From NCBI GenBank assembly GCA_907165135.1, contig OU015568.1:14705208-14769207 (forward strand): DNA of 64,000 bases, read 5' to 3'. A program made the position numbers and the translations under genes. Positions 48,425-59,271 of this stretch are shown here, piece after piece. The DNA comes from Oikopleura dioica (Eukaryota > Animalia > Chordata). Position 1 is the stretch's first letter. Every line of letters starts with the position of its first letter. The notes below the pieces were generated by a model, which saw only the letters and a list, made by a program, of their open reading frames with translations, was not told the DNA's origin and ran no database searches.

Positions 48425-50458
48425 ATGTCGACTTATTTAGACATTCCGAACATGATCGCGAAAATGATCGTCCAAAAGACCGAAATCATTAGTGGACTTG
48501 AGTTGGAACACGTTTTGGCGGCAGTGATGAACTGGAAAGTCGGGATTGGCCTTGGCGCCACCTGGTTTTTGTTTCGCAGAATGAGAAATCGGAAAGAATA
48601 TCACCATTTGAGCGAATATGAATATGGGCAGTACAAGAAGGTTCCTGAATGGCTTCCTTCAATCAACGGACGAGTTCTTCATTTCCTTGCATGGATTTGT
48701 AATACACAGGTATCGATAGATATTTAGGGATCCAGAGAACCCAATTTCGTTAAGTTTGGTGATCTTTTCATCAATGAGATCATAATGGCAGTCGTTGGCC
48801 TTCCTAAATTCAGAACGCTAAAGCTTGATGAAGCCCCAACATACTTCCCGTTTGCGCCGCATAATCTTCCCGTGGCGAGTTCTGGAGAGCCTGTCGACAT
48901 TTCCGGCCTGATAAAAGCCCATCGAGAGTTAGCCCAAGACCCGAGCGAGTTTCGTTATCGATCCGCGCTCGAGTACGTGCAAGCGTATCAAAATCGCAAG
49001 TTTACGCCGACAGATATTGCTGAGCGAATCGTCGAGACGATCAAGAGAACGAATTCGAAGCTGAGAATTCTTGTTGACTGGCATCCAGAAATGATTCTTG
49101 AGCAAGCGCGAAACTCAACGACGCGATACATGTCTGGAAAAGTATTGTCCCCGCTTGATGGAACCTTTTGCGTAGTCAAGGACCTTTTTTCTGTGGTCAG
49201 CTATTGCAGAAGAGGCGGGCTTGGTTTCATCGACACAACTGAAGATACGGACGATATTATTATCAAAAAAATTCGCGAGGCTGGAATCATCATCGTCGGA
49301 ATATCAAACATGACAGAGCTTGGCATGTCCGTTTTTGGTGCGAATCCTTCGCCTCATCATGGAACTTGCAGGAATCCGATCAACACCGACTACTATCCAG
49401 GAGGCAGCTCAAGTGGAACTGCAGCGGCTGTTTGCTCTGGCCTTGTCCCATTCGGAATCGGTTCCGACGGCGGAGGATCGATCAGAATGCCTTGTTGCCA
49501 TACTGGCATTATTGGCCTGAAGACAACTTTTTCCAGAATCTCCTCTAATTTGTATTCAAAATCGAAGACGTGCTGTAGCACAGTTTGTACCATCGGACCC
49601 GTTGCCTCGAACATTATCGATCTTGCGCTCCTTTACCAAGTTCTAGCTGGCCCTGTCCGAGGCGACGCCTTTTCAATGGCCCAGCCAAAAGTAGAAGTGC
49701 CCCAAGAACTGACTCCTAATCTCGACGGCATCAAGATCGGCGTGGATTGGAAATGGGCCGGGCTTTCTCGCGCAGAAGTGTTCAAGAATTTCAAGCAAAA
49801 AATCGACTTTTGGCTGAGCGCGGCGCCGAAATTATTGCGATCGAAGTTCCAGAACTAAATTACATTAATACTGGTCATTTGATCTCCATTCTCTCAGAAG
49901 GATGCGACAAGGCGGCCGAGCTTATAAACAAGCAGCGGAAAATTTCTCCAGACAATGCCGTCATTTTGAATGCCGGAAGCGCGAAAGTCACAGCTACCGA
50001 CTTTCTCCTAGCTGCAAAATATCGGACGAGACTGATGACCTACTTGAAGGGCTTGTTCAAGACCATCGATGTTATTGCCAATCCTACTTGCGCTCAGACT
50101 GCGGAACGAATTCTTGAAAGTGATGAATCGGGCTGCTGGAAGTTTGGAGCTACCCTCAGGTTTTCTAAGTTTTTCGGCTGCTTTATTTACATAATTTTAT
50201 ATTTCTCAGGTACATGATGTATGTGAAACTGGCGAATTACTCGGGTATTCCATCAATAACGGTTCCATCTGGATTTGCGCCCAACGGATTGCCAACTGGA
50301 ATCATGCTTTCGGTAAATATCGAAATCATCTCTGTAAAATTAACCCTGAGTTTTAGGGAAACTGGTATTCTGAAGAAGTACTTTTCAAAATCGGCCATGT
50401 TCTTGATCTTGACCACAAACGCGAAAAACCAGAAGTTTTTACCGACCTGTTGCAGTGA
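48425..50458 (+). CDS. Amidase-signature family protein (FAAH-like)
   Basis: PLDGTFCVVKD, RNP..YYPGGSSSGTAAAV, GSDGGGSIRMP, GLKTT, GLPTGIMLS|GNWYSEE; stop supplied by LTR TGA at 50456-50458; apparent 1-nt slip near 49810. Confidence 0.88.
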
Positions 50459-50682
50459 TATACTTGGCTCTTGCGTATATATATTTCTTGATTCAACTGG
50501 TGAAAAAGTCGTCCAACTTATACAAGCTCACTTTATTGAATGATCCTAAATGGATCTTGCACAGGGAAGAGCGCGGGAAAAGCAGCTGATTAAGGTGCGC
50601 ACAGTTGATAAAGAGCGGAAGTGTGCTAATTAATCTAGGTTGCCCGGGAGATTAATTGAGGACTTTATGTCAACACACATCA
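50456..50682 (-). repeat. 3' LTR
   Basis: Direct repeat of 59272-59498; AATAAA on minus strand at 50532-50537. Confidence 0.95.
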
Positions 50683-50691
50683 CCCACCCCC
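50683..50691 (-). other. Polypurine tract
   Basis: GGGGGTGGG on minus strand directly before the 3' LTR. Confidence 0.75.
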
Positions 50692-51433
50692 AGCTTTTTA
50701 GAGCTGTAGAAAGGTTAAGAAATACACACACACATTGACTGGATATATTTTGACTGGCACGAGCGGTAAAGTTTTACAGGGTAGTATAAGAGTAAAAGTT
50801 GAAGAACAGATTTCTTTGATACAGTAATATTTCGTCGTTTTCTTGTCTAAGGAGTAGTTTTCTCGTTGAAGAATTGTTCGAGGAAGTTTGCATCGTTGAA
50901 AAGGCACACACACACACAATAGAAGAACAAAGAGATTTTAAGGAAAAGTGGGTTGAGTATAAGATGTCTAGAGCTATTGATAAAAGTGATTATGATATTG
51001 AAGATTGCAATAATCAAAGCGGAGTACAGGGTTGACCAAGCGATTTACTTAACATTCTTTATCCAACATACATAAGTTGAACTGTAAAACGCTAGACCTG
51101 GCTAATTTCTAATTCTAGTGTCCGATCAGAGCAATTAACCCCCGCCTTTACCCAAAGGCCGCTCATATGGGTCGGTCAGCGTGGAGTTATTTTCCGCGAT
51201 AAAAATAAGGAGTGTTAAGTGGTATCGAGGAAAGTCCGTTCTGCAACCGTTACGTATACAGAGCCAGACTTGCCGTCAACCAAGTCTCTCCCGCCCCCCT
51301 CTTTAATAAAATCGGACAAAAAAAAACTCTATTTATAACTAGTTAACCAGGCTCTCCAGAGGTAGGACTCGAAGTGGCTTGACTCCATCAAAAAAAAGAA
51401 GTTGGACGTGGGTGTGAACTTAACGGTGCTAGC

Positions 51434-53164
51434 TTACACAAGTGGTTGAAGATGTTTATTAATCGCTTTGTCAAGTCCGCGTACTCGCCTGCAGAACATG
51501 CAAGTGAAGAGGGTCAGGGTTAAGAAAGTAAAAAGAATAAGGATACCGTTGGAGATTAGAGATATGGATTTTGATCGAGTAAAGTTGTCGTCCACCACAT
51601 CCTCCAAGTCATCGAGACGGTCCTCGACGTCATCAGCGAAGTCGTTGTGGTCAAGGTCAACGGCGCTGAAGGTGAAGTTGTTCCTTGCACCTCTAAAGTC
51701 GATCTTGGTGTTGTCAGACGTCACAATGCTTGTTTTTGGGATCTTGATGAGCTGCTGCGATCCGGAACAAAAGACTTCCTGGTCCAAGCTTGTTTCAGGG
51801 AAATATTTGAAGCCAGTGAAAGTATCGTGGGCCGATCCGATGTCGGACAAGACTGTTCTGTTTCTCAGGATTGCTTTCTCTGCCGCGTAAACGATGAGTC
51901 CATTCTTGTCGAAGGCGAATGAGCAGGTTGCTTTTGTAGCAGTTCTCCGGATGTTGCAATTCTGGACATCGCGGAGACAGGAAGCGCTTGAGATTGCTGA
52001 GTGCCGGCAGATCATGTTTTTGCGAGCGCTTAAACAGCTAAAGCGGTCAACTTCGTAAAACTCGTTCTGGATCAATGTTGCAAACGGGGCAATGTCCGGG
52101 GCGATCAGGAAGTTCTCGTCAGTTGAAGGGTCCATTGTGATGATTCCAAAGGAGTTCGCATGATACAGTCGTGTTGGCGCGGACTCGATGACTGGGAAAG
52201 AGAGCTGGATGTGGATGTCGAGAGAGTTTTCAGTGATGTTCAGCCCGTAGAGTTCAGGCTTTAATTCCTGTGGGAATTCTCTCAGCATGTTCTCACAGTA
52301 TCGCTCGCACATTTCCGGTTCCAGAGCAATGCATGATCCCCAACACGCAGACGTAAAGAGTCTGTTCCATTCCACACGGCTCGGAATCAATCCTTGCTCC
52401 AGACTTGCGACTTGATAATCCATCTCCTCCATGAATTTGTCCACGGTGATCCGGGCCCAGTCCTCGAATCGAGCTTCCAACATCCGGTTATTGAGTCGGC
52501 AAATATCGTTGTCGATTCTCGCAAGCTGGTCCTGTGTTGCATTGAGATTGACTTGGACGGCGCTCTGGAGCTTCGCGAAGTTTCGTGTGAGTTTATCCAA
52601 GTTCTTTCCTTGATGAAGAGATACAGATCGAAGCTTGGCGATGTCGTTCGTATTTTTCAATTTAAGACCCAGGTTGGCTGCTGCCAGAACAAGAGCAGGA
52701 GCGCCGGCGAATCTTTTTCCCAGATGCGATTCGTGAGATCTTGCATATGCTGCTTGTGCTTTTAGCGACTGCAGTTCCAATCGAAATTTCCGTTCAATCA
52801 CATCCAGTAGGGCAAAAGTTCGCTTATCGGCGAGGTTTTCCGTGCATTCCCTCCTGTCCCAACGGTTGGCTTTGTAGTGTTTGATGCAGCGGTCGACGTC
52901 GCATTGTCCGGCGTCGACTCCAGGTTCCATTCTCAGGACGTCCAGCGGAAGGGGCCGACTGATGATGATATGATGATGGCTGCGTTGTCGCGACAGGAAG
53001 AGTCTGCCAGTCTCCTCGAGGAGAATTCCCCGCTCAGCACAGTAGATTCGGCAGAGCATCGGACCAGCGCGACGGCAAGGGTGAAGAAAAGCATTTCGTA
53101 AAGGTGCACTGTCTGAAAATCGGCGAGTTAACGTTGAGTCACGGCAAAACATCTGTATGTACAT
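51434..53164 (-). CDS. env: Env-like class I fusion glycoprotein, 576 aa
   Basis: Basic site and hydrophobic peptide GKR|FAGAPALVLAAANLG, heptad region LDKLTRNFAKLQSAVQVNL, Cys-rich ectodomain, TM ILILFTFLTLTLFTCMF. Confidence 0.85.
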   Translation of the reverse strand: MYIQMFCRDSTLTRRFSDSAPLRNAFLHPCRRAGPMLCRIYCAERGILLEETGRLFLSRQRSHHHIIISRPLPLDVLRMEPGVDAGQCDVDRCIKHYKANRWDRRECTENLADKRTFALLDVIERKFRLELQSLKAQAAYARSHESHLGKRFAGAPALVLAAANLGLKLKNTNDIAKLRSVSLHQGKNLDKLTRNFAKLQSAVQVNLNATQDQLARIDNDICRLNNRMLEARFEDWARITVDKFMEEMDYQVASLEQGLIPSRVEWNRLFTSACWGSCIALEPEMCERYCENMLREFPQELKPELYGLNITENSLDIHIQLSFPVIESAPTRLYHANSFGIITMDPSTDENFLIAPDIAPFATLIQNEFYEVDRFSCLSARKNMICRHSAISSASCLRDVQNCNIRRTATKATCSFAFDKNGLIVYAAEKAILRNRTVLSDIGSAHDTFTGFKYFPETSLDQEVFCSGSQQLIKIPKTSIVTSDNTKIDFRGARNNFTFSAVDLDHNDFADDVEDRLDDLEDVVDDNFTRSKSISLISNGILILFTFLTLTLFTCMFCRRVRGLDKAINKHLQPLV

Positions 53165-53174
53165 GGAGAATAAA

Positions 53175-56100
53175 TCATTTGGAACTGGGCAAGGGCAAAG
53201 GTCTCAGAAAACGGATGTTCCTTTTCAGAACGCTCCCACTTGATTCGTCTCTGATCTCATAGACATCAGGGCTGAGCTTCTTTGTGATGACGGCGGTGTT
53301 GCGGAAGGAGACATGTAACTTCTTGCACTTTCCGATCCGCATGGGTGCCCAATAGGCGACTCGCTGATCCACTTCGAGCGAGGTTCCATGAAACGGCTTG
53401 ACGTGATGTGCAGCTTGTTCTTGGTACTTTCCGGCGAGAAACTGGCCAACTTGACGCAGCCATCCAGACATGTAGCCACTCCAGAGAAAGGGGTCGTCGT
53501 TGTTGTCGGGCTCAGGCCGGAGGTGAAAGAGCGGGAGTTCCATAGGGCGCCCTGTGAGTGCTTCAGAGGGACTTAACCCGCTCAGTGCTTCCGTTGGCGT
53601 ATTGTTGATTGTGTGAAGGACAAAGCAGACTTGGCGGCTCCAGTCATCGCGGCTGACATTTGCCAGTCGAGCCTTCAATCCCAAGGATCTAAATTTTCTT
53701 TCGATGCGGTTGCTCTGAGCGTGAAAAGGGCTGATGTAGGCGACGCGGATGTTGAAGGCTTCCATGACGCGATCGAAAACGGCATTTCGAAACTCTTTTC
53801 CATTGTCGCAACGGAGCATGGCCCCTTGCGCGTTGTTGCTCAGCAAAACGTCGGCCAACGCAAATGCCACCGTCTCAGCCTTCTTATCCGGTAGGCATCT
53901 TCCCACAAGGTAGCGCGTGCAATCGTCCATAACTCCCAAGAAGAACCGATTTCCAAGAATATCTACTGAGCCGAAATCGGACAAATCGACATACAATTTC
54001 TGCCAAGGCTTTGTGCTTACTTCCGGCCTAGGCGGGTGGAGAGCCTTAAGTTTTGGCCGTGGCTTGGTGCGCCAACAGGTGTGGCAATCGTTGCAGACTT
54101 CATTGCATACCCGTTGAAGGCCATTGATGAAGAACTTCCGTTTCAGGATCCTCTGAAGGGCAAGTGTTCCAGGATGACCCATTTTGCAGTGGACGAAGGA
54201 GGCAATCTCGATGTGAAGCTGCTCAGGAAGGGTGATGATGTCCTTGTCGCGTGACAGAACCCATACACCCTGCTCATCAGTGGCAATTTCTCCTCTTTTC
54301 TGCATTCTTATCAGCACTGGATCGATTTCTTGGAGTCTGATGATGTCGCAGGCTCTGTAGGGCACGTCGCCGCTGATCATAACGACCTTTTGACCGGCTT
54401 CTTCCTTTGCTTTTTCTTCCTCTTTCGCCAATCGTTTCGCCCGACGCGTCTGCATCGCAAGAATTTCGAAGATTTCTGGTCCCTTTGGTCGCAGCTCGAT
54501 CTTGTTGAGAAATCCCCGATCGATGTGTCCATCGGATTCGTCATGGTCGTCGTCGTTGGCGATTTCGTATGCGCGCGATAAGGCGTCGCTAGAGACGATA
54601 ACAGGCTCGTTATTGGGAACATACGTTATTCCCTTAACCCTGAACCTACTCAGCCTTGCGTACAGGTTCGTTACACGCACTGGCACATCTTGCCGGAGGC
54701 GACGTTCATTCAGAACTAACTGCAGCGACTTGTGGTCAGTCAGCGCGTAGACTTGGCTCATGTAAATTTCATACTCGAAATTTTCCAAAGAGCAGACCAA
54801 TCCCAGTAGTTCGAGATATCGGGACGGTAGCTTCCGCTCGCCATCAGTCAGCGCGCGCGAATAGAAACCCAACGGAAAAAGCCGCCCATTTTCGTCCCTC
54901 TGGTACAGACAAGCGCCGATTCCAGTGGTGCTGGCATCAGTTGCGATCACGAGGTCCATTGACTCGTCGCGGTGCTTGAAGGAGACAACTTGAGCGAGTG
55001 CTTCTTTGTAGCTGGAGAAGGCTTCTTCATGCTGGGATTTCCACACGAATTTTTCTTTTGAAGGCGCAGCTAACTTGAACAACGGAGACAGCAAGCGGTG
55101 GCCATCCTTGACAAAGTGGGAGTAAAAGTTGCAAAGCCCAAGAAAGCGCCTGAGAAGCTTTCGGTTCCCTGGGCGTGGAAAACGTCGGATTGGGTCAAGC
55201 TTGTCATCCAAAGGCCGTATTCCGTCTTGACTTACTTGAAATCCCAGGTACTGGAAGTCTTTCACGCCAAAGTGGCTTTTGGAGATTTTAAGCAGAAGAC
55301 CGTTCTCGAGCATTATTTTCAAAAACTCGTCGACTGCCGAAAGATGCTCCTTGAAGTCCCCATGAACCAATATGATATCATCCATCAATACCGACAGTCC
55401 AGGAATGTGCGAACAGAGTCGGTCGATCACGTGAGCAAAGACGGAGGGCGAATTCATCAGACCAAAGGCCATTCGTCGGCAGATGTACTGTCGGCCAAGG
55501 AAAGAGAACGCACACTTGTGCATGTCCTGTGGGGCCGTTCGGATCTGTGAAAAGGCGGAGGCGATATCGACGGAAGTCACATAGAGCTTGCCTTTCGTGT
55601 TTGAAATGTCACGTGACAATTTGGACATCAATTCTTGGAGGGAGGGGATCGGCCAACGCGTGGGGATCGTCAACTGGTTGAGCCGCCTTGCGTCTAATAC
55701 AGGGCGGACGTCGTCTTTGCCCTTCTTCACAAAAAAGAGAGGGAGGTTAAAGTCGCTCGCTCCCCTCTTGACGACGCCCGCCTTGCACCAATTTTCGATG
55801 ACCACTGTAGCCTTCTCTCTGCATCCAGGGCGCACAGGAATAGGCTTCTCGTAAACTCGGGCTGTCTCATCTTTCAGTCGGATTCTGAAGGCCAGAGACT
55901 TCGCCATGCCGAGATCCTGCGGTCCAGTCGAGAAAACCTTCCAATACTTGTCCAGCTTCTCCGTCATTGCTTTCTTCTCTTCGAACGTGAGGTCAGGGCC
56001 GATTTCCACTTCCTTGTACTTATAGCGGTCTGGACCCTTAAGTCGAATTTCGCGATTTCGTTGATGCTCCTCCCACTCACGGTCGAATTCACTGCTTGAA

Positions 56101-56837
56101 ACACTGACCAGCTCATTGAACTCAAACTGCCCCCTTTTCGTTCTTTTCATGAGGCTAGCGGTCGCCACCTGCGCGCCCTCTGGAATGGTAAGCGCCACGT
56201 TCGTTGAGTTGTATACGAGGATTGTTTGGCATTTCGCAGCACTGTAAATCGCTTCACAAGTCTCGATACCTTGTTCCTTGCAGAATCCATCTGGTGAAGG
56301 CTCAACCAGGATCACATCCTCGAGCTCGTCTTCACCGACAGGAACTTTCACTCTGATTGGCATTAAGGACTCAGGACCAATGGTAGCCGCGACCAAATTG
56401 TTTAGTGCAAGGTGTCGGCCAGTTTGAACCATATCGTAGGTCTCTCCGTCAATCTGGATCGTTTCTGTGTCTCGGTTGATCCTCAATTCTTTCCAGCTGT
56501 TCATTCCAAGGATACATTCGTGGTTGAGGCCAGGGACGATGAGGAAACTCTGGTAACGAACTCTTCCGTTCAGGCACAATGGTAGAATGATCTTTTCCTT
56601 GCAGCGCATCTTGTCAGAATTCGCAACGACAATGCTCGCTTCCACAGGCTCACGGCGCGCGTTAGGGAATTTAGCAGCGAGTTCTTGGGCCAAAATCGAG
56701 CAGTTGGCTCCCGAATCAACGAGAGTAAGAAGTTCAGTGTCGAGAATTTGTAGTCTGATTTTCGGAAGCAGGGAAGGCAGCGAGATTTCATGACAGGCGA
56801 GTTTTTGGCTTTCTGAGCCTGGAGAATCCCCGCCTAG
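53175..56837 (-). CDS. pol: Pol (PR-RT-RNaseH-IN), in frame with gag after a single UGA
   Basis: LVDSGA protease, VDIASAF and LMDD in RT, ATDAS RNase H, H..GHPG..C..C and VD..DNG..E integrase motifs. Confidence 0.95.
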   Translation of the reverse strand, partial: LGGDSPGSESQKLACHEISLPSLLPKIRLQILDTELLTLVDSGANCSILAQELAAKFPNARREPVEASIVVANSDKMRCKEKIILPLCLNGRVRYQSFLIVPGLNHECILGMNSWKELRINRDTETIQIDGETYDMVQTGRHLALNNLVAATIGPESLMPIRVKVPVGEDELEDVILVEPSPDGFCKEQGIETCEAIYSAAKCQTILVYNSTNVALTIPEGAQVATASLMKRTKRGQFEFNELVSVSSSEFDREWEEHQRNREIRLKGPDRYKYKEVEIGPDLTFEEKKAMTEKLDKYWKVFSTGPQDLGMAKSLAFRIRLKDETARVYEKPIPVRPGCREKATVVIENWCKAGVVKRGASDFNLPLFFVKKGKDDVRPVLDARRLNQLTIPTRWPIPSLQELMSKLSRDISNTKGKLYVTSVDIASAFSQIRTAPQDMHKCAFSFLGRQYICRRMAFGLMNSPSVFAHVIDRLCSHIPGLSVLMDDIILVHGDFKEHLSAVDEFLKIMLENGLLLKISKSHFGVKDFQYLGFQVSQDGIRPLDDKLDPIRRFPRPGNRKLLRRFLGLCNFYSHFVKDGHRLLSPLFKLAAPSKEKFVWKSQHEEAFSSYKEALAQVVSFKHRDESMDLVIATDASTTGIGACLYQRDENGRLFPLGFYSRALTDGERKLPSRYLELLGLVCSLENFEYEIYMSQVYALTDHKSLQLVLNERRLRQDVPVRVTNLYARLSRFRVKGITYVPNNEPVIVSSDALSRAYEIANDDDHDESDGHIDRGFLNKIELRPKGPEIFEILAMQTRRAKRLAKEEEKAKEEAGQKVVMISGDVPYRACDIIRLQEIDPVLIRMQKRGEIATDEQGVWVLSRDKDIITLPEQLHIEIASFVHCKMGHPGTLALQRILKRKFFINGLQRVCNEVCNDCHTCWRTKPRPKLKALHPPRPEVSTKPWQKLYVDLSDFGSVDILGNRFFLGVMDDCTRYLVGRCLPDKKAETVAFALADVLLSNNAQGAMLRCDNGKEFRNAVFDRVMEAFNIRVAYISPFHAQSNRIERKFRSLGLKARLANVSRDDWSRQVCFVLHTINNTPTEALSGLSPSEALTGRPMELPLFHLRPEPDNNDDPFLWSGYMSGWLRQVGQFLAGKYQEQAAHHVKPFHGTSLEVDQRVAYWAPMRIGKCKKLHVSFRNTAVITKKLSPDVYEIRDESSGSVLKRNIRFLRPLPLPSSK

Positions 56838-58418
56838 TCAATGCTGGGATTTTGTTGGGCACATTTGCTTGAAGTGACGAGGCGGGTAACCAGTTGGCAA
56901 AAGTGGGCACACCTCACAGTAAGGCTTCGTGTTGCGATGATTCTTGCTCCCACCCTGTCCTTGCTTCTGGCCTTGTGATTGCTGCTGCTGCTGCGTCGAG
57001 TTGTAAGCGGACTGGTTCTCAGCAATCATTTCTATTTTGTTCAGAAGCCGCTCAAAAGACGAGTCTTGCTTTATTGCGATCGCTTCCAACTGGTCCAGTC
57101 GCGACGTGATTGTTGAAATCTGCCTGATTCCAGTCATCAAGGAACAGTTTCTCATCACGTGCCCATTTTCGCCGCACAGGTGGCAGACGATTTCGCGATT
57201 TGCTGCATTCAAATCGTACTCGTCATTCTCGAGATCCACGGCTTCGGCTGGGCTAGCGAAAGTTCCCTCAAGAAGGCTGAGGATTTCTGCTACCGAGGAA
57301 AGATTGGTTGGCATCTGCTGGGCGATCCAAGCGAGATAGAAGGACTGAAATTCGCTTGGGCGGAGGATTCTTCGCAGTGCCTGGCGCAACACCGTTTGCT
57401 TGGCTTCTTCAGGCAGATTTGGGAAAACGGATCCAGCAGAAGAGAGAAGATTGATAAGTCGCGAAAAGGCAGCAGTCACGGTCTCTTGACGTCCACGAGA
57501 GAGCTTTTCGATCAACAACGTCAGCTTCTGATGACTGAATCCCAATCTTTTACGGAGGCGTTCCGCGGCATCTTCGAAGTTTCCAAGACCCGAAATTCCG
57601 ATTTCTCGCTGAATTTGCGGGCTGAGCTTAGTTCGAAGCACGATCATGCGCTGCGCGTCGCTCCACTCGTAGATACTTCCCAAATTCAGAATTTGGTCAA
57701 GCAGATTCTCGATCTCTTGCGGCTCTCGCGAAACAACGAGTTTGATGTCGGAACTTTCCTTTCTTAAGTTGTCTCTGGCTTTTCCAGTGCTTGCACCAGC
57801 AGAGTTGACTGCGAATTGATTCATCGGCGGCGTCAGAGGAGGCGAAGTTTTCGCAAATTGCGCTGATTGACCAATCACGTTCCTATTCGAGGCCAATCCA
57901 GAATTTAGGCGATTTCCGAAAAGACCATATTGACCACCAAATGCTGCCGATGTAGTAGTAGTAGATCCACCAAGGATGCGGGAGACCGAATCGGCTCTGG
58001 AATTGCTCTCCTGAGGAGTAAACATCGAGGACGCAGTCATTGAATCAAGACTTGTCGTCGAGATCGGCACCGTTGAGCAAGGCTGCGGAAATGCAAAGGA
58101 CGATGATGAAACAGGCGCTGGACTTGTTACCGATGGCAACTCCGTCGTGGGTACTGAAATGATCGAGGACGACAGTAATAGAGCAGGATCAGCGCTACTG
58201 ACAGTCGTTACTGGTGCATCCTGGTTCTCAGTATCGATGTTATCTGTATTGATAACAAAGTCTTTAAGATCGTCCGTTCGGCGATATCCAATTTTCTTAG
58301 CATGAGCCCGAAGTGTTTGTTGTAATTCAGCCTTTAGGCCTTTAGTGTCCAACTTGAGGCGTTTGCAGACTGCTCGAAGTTCGGCAACAGTGAGTTCAGC
58401 AACAGGTTTGAGGCCCAT
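56838..58418 (-). CDS. gag: Gag with N-terminal SAP-like domain and CCHC knuckle
   Basis: LTVAELRAVCKRLKLDTKGLKAELQQTL (SAP pattern); CHLCGENGHVMRNC. Confidence 0.88.
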   Translation of the reverse strand: MGLKPVAELTVAELRAVCKRLKLDTKGLKAELQQTLRAHAKKIGYRRTDDLKDFVINTDNIDTENQDAPVTTVSSADPALLLSSSIISVPTTELPSVTSPAPVSSSSFAFPQPCSTVPISTTSLDSMTASSMFTPQESNSRADSVSRILGGSTTTTSAAFGGQYGLFGNRLNSGLASNRNVIGQSAQFAKTSPPLTPPMNQFAVNSAGASTGKARDNLRKESSDIKLVVSREPQEIENLLDQILNLGSIYEWSDAQRMIVLRTKLSPQIQREIGISGLGNFEDAAERLRKRLGFSHQKLTLLIEKLSRGRQETVTAAFSRLINLLSSAGSVFPNLPEEAKQTVLRQALRRILRPSEFQSFYLAWIAQQMPTNLSSVAEILSLLEGTFASPAEAVDLENDEYDLNAANREIVCHLCGENGHVMRNCSLMTGIRQISTITSRLDQLEAIAIKQDSSFERLLNKIEMIAENQSAYNSTQQQQQSQGQKQGQGGSKNHRNTKPYCEVCPLLPTGYPPRHFKQMCPTKSQH

Positions 58419-59252
58419 GTTGACTTTAGGAGAGGCGCGCTTTTGCTTAGATGAGTGTCCGACGAATCGACAAGCTAGCGAGCGTTTTTTCGGGTAAACG
58501 AGTGATACCCTTAAGTTTCGACTGGGAGAAATGGTGTCAGTCGCAGCAGAAAGTTTGCGTGCGAGCTCAGCTCAGCGGGTTCCAGAAATGACAGGACGCT
58601 GCTAATGAAGAGTTCTGCGGGATACTTCGTTTGATTGCAACGAGAACAGCAGGAGACTGATAATGAGCAGCGGAATTCTGCGGGTAATCGACACGTGCGA
58701 CCGTCGTTGTGATCACTCAACGGGTTGCTGATGATCGAGGTTGATAGTCGTGATTTGTGTTAACGGAACCACGCGGGAGCTTGTTACCAAAATCAAAGCG
58801 CAGCGTATAGTTGACTACTTCTGTAACTGAGTAGATGTGTATCTGCGTGGCAGGAGAACAACGCAAGTTACGGTAGCGCAGTAGGAAATCAGTCGTGCGG
58901 CGATACGGTGCTAAAAATCGGCGCGGCTCGGTTGGAGACCACTCGCGGAAGTTTTTCCGGCGTCGCGGTAGGAAGTCACTCGTGCGGCGATGCGGCGCTC
59001 GGAATCGGCGCGGCTCGGTTGGAGACCACTAGCGCGTGTGAGATCGCAACGATAAAGAAGTCCAGGCAATCCAAAGATCCAATAAAGGCGTCCACCAAAA
59101 GATAAAACACTTTTCCCAAATTGCCTTTCTTCCCACTCCCAAGATTCACACTTTAACTTACAAGTTTCAGCAACAGGATCTGGATTCGGCACAATTGGAG
59201 AGTTCTCTTGATGTAGTTTTCAGTCTTCGTTCGGGGGAGGTCTCTGGGTTTT

Positions 59253-59270
59253 TTATCTGTGCAGTCGCCA
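59253..59270 (-). other. Primer-binding site
   Basis: TGGCGACTGCAC one base after the 5' LTR; tRNA not assigned. Confidence 0.65.
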
Positions 59271-59271
59271 G

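Noticed and set aside
50698-50919. ORF and CA microsatellites in the retroelement 3' UTR
   Set aside because: Low-complexity untranslated sequence; short (CA)n runs only
53225-57767. Many plus-strand ORFs overlapping pol and gag
   Set aside because: Antisense shadow frames of long coding sequences with no recognisable motifs
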